Positions 23,998-26,383 of a stretch of 26,383 nucleotides of DNA are shown here, in pieces (the stretch's first letter is position 1; every line of letters starts with the position of its first letter). The DNA is from a virus (lineage: Duplodnaviria; Caudoviricetes), in the IMG/VR virus record IMGVR_UViG_3300037755_001295, positions 1 to 26,383 of that record, one strand, 5' to 3'. A model generated the notes under the pieces. It was not told the DNA's origin. It did no database searches and saw nothing but the letters and a program-made list of their open reading frames with translations. Position numbers and translations under genes: made by a program.

Positions 23998-24912
23998 TCA
24001 GCGCAACAACGGTGCGCGCTCGGCCTTGGGCGGCGGCTGCACGTGGCCCCAGCGGGCCAGGGTCACGGCCACCAGCGGGATGACCTCGTCGCTGCGGGTG
24101 TCCCACAGCCAGGCGTCGCCGACGGTCCGGGTGGCGGCCTTGTCGACCGCGGTGTCGAGGACGGGCTGGGCGCGGTGGCGTAGGTCGTGGGCGACGATGT
24201 CGTCGAAGAGACCGGCGCAGGCCCGGATGTGGTCCTCGAGCTTCACGTCGAAGAGCGTCGCTGCGCCCTCCGCCGAGCCAGGGCCCCGGCTCTTGGCTGT
24301 AGAGGCGCTCGTCGCTGTCGCGGCCGGCACCAGCCCGGCCTCCTCGAGCTTGGTCAGGACCTCCGGGTCGAAGAACCGGCGGTCGACGCAGACCATGCGG
24401 GGCTTGTGACTCTCGACCAGCTCGACGAGCCGGTCAGGTACCCACAGCGCCCCGCGCCGTTGGTCGACGACCTCGACCGCGAGGCCACCGCCCTGGCATT
24501 CACCCGCCGCGGCGATCGTCGCGGAGCGGCGTTCCTTGGCAACGTGGACACCGAGGCAGACCGGGTCGAGCATCCACGGACCGTCGATGGCCTTGGGCTT
24601 GCGGTTGTCGCGGCACGCAGCCCAGTCGTCGGTGTCGATCGCCGAGACCGCGTCGTCGCCGTCGTTGAAGATCCCGAGCCGCTCCCGGGCGAACTCGTCG
24701 TCGGCCATCATCCCCGCCCCGCCTCGCTCCACCCCGGCGATGTAGCCCTCTCTGAGCCCGGAGCCGTTGGGCCGGACGTAGCCGAGCGACGGGTTGGCCT
24801 GGTACCAGAGGTCGCGGTCGTCGAGGTCGACCTCGTCGATCTTCCCCGGGACGCTCCACTCGAAGTAGGCGAACGTGGTCTCCTCGGCGCCGGCGTCGTC
24901 GACGCTGCTCAT
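23998..24912 (-). CDS. terL: Terminase large subunit, C-terminal part (lid + RNase H-like nuclease domain, 304 aa)
   Basis: YFEWS, WYQANPSLG, FARERLG, LRHRAQPVL, PLVAVTLA; ATG 24912 overlaps the TGA of the N-terminal part. Confidence 0.85.
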   Translation of the reverse strand: MSSVDDAGAEETTFAYFEWSVPGKIDEVDLDDRDLWYQANPSLGYVRPNGSGLREGYIAGVERGGAGMMADDEFARERLGIFNDGDDAVSAIDTDDWAACRDNRKPKAIDGPWMLDPVCLGVHVAKERRSATIAAAGECQGGGLAVEVVDQRRGALWVPDRLVELVESHKPRMVCVDRRFFDPEVLTKLEEAGLVPAATATSASTAKSRGPGSAEGAATLFDVKLEDHIRACAGLFDDIVAHDLRHRAQPVLDTAVDKAATRTVGDAWLWDTRSDEVIPLVAVTLARWGHVQPPPKAERAPLLR

Positions 24913-25577
24913 GCCGCGGTGGCCAGGGCCCGGCCCCGGCGGATCAGCTTGCGCTGCCTGTTCGACTCTGCCCGGTCGAGGGGCGCCGAGCCCGTGTACC
25001 AGATCTGCGGGTTGGGCATGGCCGACAGCGACGGCACGAGCGACCCGGCCTCGAGGAGCCACATGAACTCGTCGAAGACGATCAGGTCGCCGGTGAACCC
25101 TCGGCCGCCCTGCTTGGCGCGGGCCTTGAAGACGAGGCGCTGACCCGACAGCAGCTCGATCGCCTCGGCGCCGTTGCCCTCGGGGATCTTGCGGACCCGG
25201 CGGCGCAGGTCGTCCCAGTTGGTGAACAGCTCCCTCATCTTCAGGTAGTGCTCGATCGCCGTGTCGAACCGGTGCGCGGTGTGGGTCTGCAGGCGCTCGT
25301 CGAAGAGCACCAGCCCGGCGGTCTCGCGGACCATCAGGACCCCGTTCTTGCCGTTCTGCCGCGGGGCCACCAGGCCCACCTCGGTGGCGGCCCAGCGCCC
25401 ATCGGCCGTCTCGCCGCACGCGCCGCGCATGACGTCTTGGCCCCACGGGTCGAGCGTGAGCCCGACGCTCTCACCGAGCTGGAGGGCCTCCTCGGCCGCC
25501 TCCCTCGTCGCGGCGGGCGGCACGTACCGGAACCTGGGCGGCATGGAGCCGGGCGTCGCGCTTCTTCTTGAGCTCAT
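24909..25577 (-). CDS. terL: Terminase large subunit, N-terminal ATPase part (222 aa)
   Basis: LDPWGQ, Walker A PRQNGK, HTAH, RGFTGDLIVFDE (Walker B), YTGSA coupling motif. Confidence 0.92.
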   Translation of the reverse strand: MSSRRSATPGSMPPRFRYVPPAATREAAEEALQLGESVGLTLDPWGQDVMRGACGETADGRWAATEVGLVAPRQNGKNGVLMVRETAGLVLFDERLQTHTAHRFDTAIEHYLKMRELFTNWDDLRRRVRKIPEGNGAEAIELLSGQRLVFKARAKQGGRGFTGDLIVFDEFMWLLEAGSLVPSLSAMPNPQIWYTGSAPLDRAESNRQRKLIRRGRALATAA

Positions 25578-25959
25578 CGGCCGTGGACTCCTTGGGCGGA
25601 ACGAGCTTGGCCAGCTCGTCGACGACCGCCCGGAGCTCCTTGGCCACCCCCGCGGTCGGCACGCTCAGCGGAACGAGCCCACCGCAGCCGACACAGCGGG
25701 CCCTCGGGTCCTCGAGCCGGTCGGCCAGGTGGTCACGCAGCGCCACGAGCGCTGCCTTGCGATCGCCGGTGGCCACCGCCTCGACGAGCGTCAGCGCAGC
25801 TCCGAGGTCGTGGGCGGCGATCGCCTCGAGCCGGCCGATGAGCGACGTGCGGGGGCGAGGTTGCGACTGCTCGGCCTCGAGCTCGGCTCGGGCCCGTTCC
25901 GGATCGCCGTCGACGCGGGCGACGATGTCGGCGATGGTCGGTTTCTTGGCCCGGGCCAT
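25471..25959 (-). CDS. terS: Terminase small subunit with extra N-terminal helical module
   Basis: GDRKAALVALRDHLADRL...AKELRAVV...DELKKKR actinophage TerS-like pattern; GGAGGTGG RBS; overlaps the TerL start. Confidence 0.75.
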   Translation of the reverse strand: MARAKKPTIADIVARVDGDPERARAELEAEQSQPRPRTSLIGRLEAIAAHDLGAALTLVEAVATGDRKAALVALRDHLADRLEDPRARCVGCGGLVPLSVPTAGVAKELRAVVDELAKLVPPKESTADELKKKRDARLHAAQVPVRAARRDEGGGRGGPPAR

Positions 25960-25965
25960 GGGTGG

Positions 25966-26310
25966 TCACCACCTCCGTGACTGCGACCCCAACCGCGCTG
26001 GTGTCGGGCCCGGCCCGGGCTTGGGTTTCCGTGGTCGCATGCGGCCGCCGAGCGCCCCGCCGGCGGAGACGTTGCAGTGCCGGTGCGCGGCGCGCAGGAA
26101 GGCCGGGTCCTCGCGGGGACCGTCGAGGGCGACCTCGATCACGTGGTCGACCGAAGGGCCCCACTTCGCCGTGCCGGGCAGGGTCGTGTCGATCGCCCGG
26201 CCGGCGGGGTGCAAGCAGCGGGGCATGCGGCAGGTCCAGGCGTCACGGTCGAGGACGAAGAGGCGGATCTTCGTCCAGGCGCTGCCCCGGCGGCCCCGGT
26301 AGTCCGACAT
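25966..26310 (-). CDS. HNH endonuclease (terminase-associated)
   Basis: W.KIR..VLDRD...C....C, SVDHVI, LRAAHRHCN, terminal SRRW. Confidence 0.9.
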   Translation of the reverse strand: MSDYRGRRGSAWTKIRLFVLDRDAWTCRMPRCLHPAGRAIDTTLPGTAKWGPSVDHVIEVALDGPREDPAFLRAAHRHCNVSAGGALGGRMRPRKPKPGPGPTPARLGSQSRRW

Positions 26311-26329
26311 CGCGCGCCCCCTGGGGTTC

Positions 26330-26383
26330 GCCGGGGAGAGATTTTTGGTGGGGGGCAGGCGGGCAACCAGCCGGCCGGCCCCG
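26330..26383 (-). other. Possible packaging (cos-proximal) sequence near the genome left end
   Basis: Minus strand GCCCCCCACCAAAAATCTCTCCCCGG just upstream of HNH/TerS resembles tracts seen beside cohesive ends; recognition only. Confidence 0.35.

Noticed and set aside
24890-24930. Intron or intein explaining the TerL split
   Set aside because: No intervening sequence; the halves overlap by 4 nt and no splicing motifs are visible.

Overview
High-GC, actinobacterial-type DNA holding about half of a siphovirus or prophage genome. On the minus strand (26310 to 5674) is a near-complete late operon. In order: HNH, TerS, TerL in two coupled ORFs, a small membrane protein, HK97-type portal, protease and capsid, two jelly-roll decoration candidates, an RcGTA/HK97-like neck-tail module, G/GT chaperones, tape measure, a fused hub/CBM/LamG tail protein, fibre-like proteins, an alpha/beta hydrolase, an amidase endolysin and a membrane-rich lysis cassette. 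It ends at a strong hairpin at 5608-5637. The 1-5578 block is accessory/regulatory, with no recognisable integrase. It holds a DUF2637 protein, a zinc-finger protein, a HerA-like ATPase (C2HC finger plus tandem winged helices), a hidden 37-codon low-GC ORF, a Cys-rich membrane protein, an Xre-DUF5753/DUF397 pair, two small divergent ORFs, four back-to-back hairpins (candidate ncRNA) and an RHH-zinc protein. Most notable are the split TerL, whose first nuclease Asp appears replaced by His, and the Xre/DUF397-hairpin-RHH island sitting where a lysogeny module often lies. All family calls come from motif recognition and synteny by eye, not database searches. Many starts were moved from the ORF track using stop/start overlaps and RBS positions.
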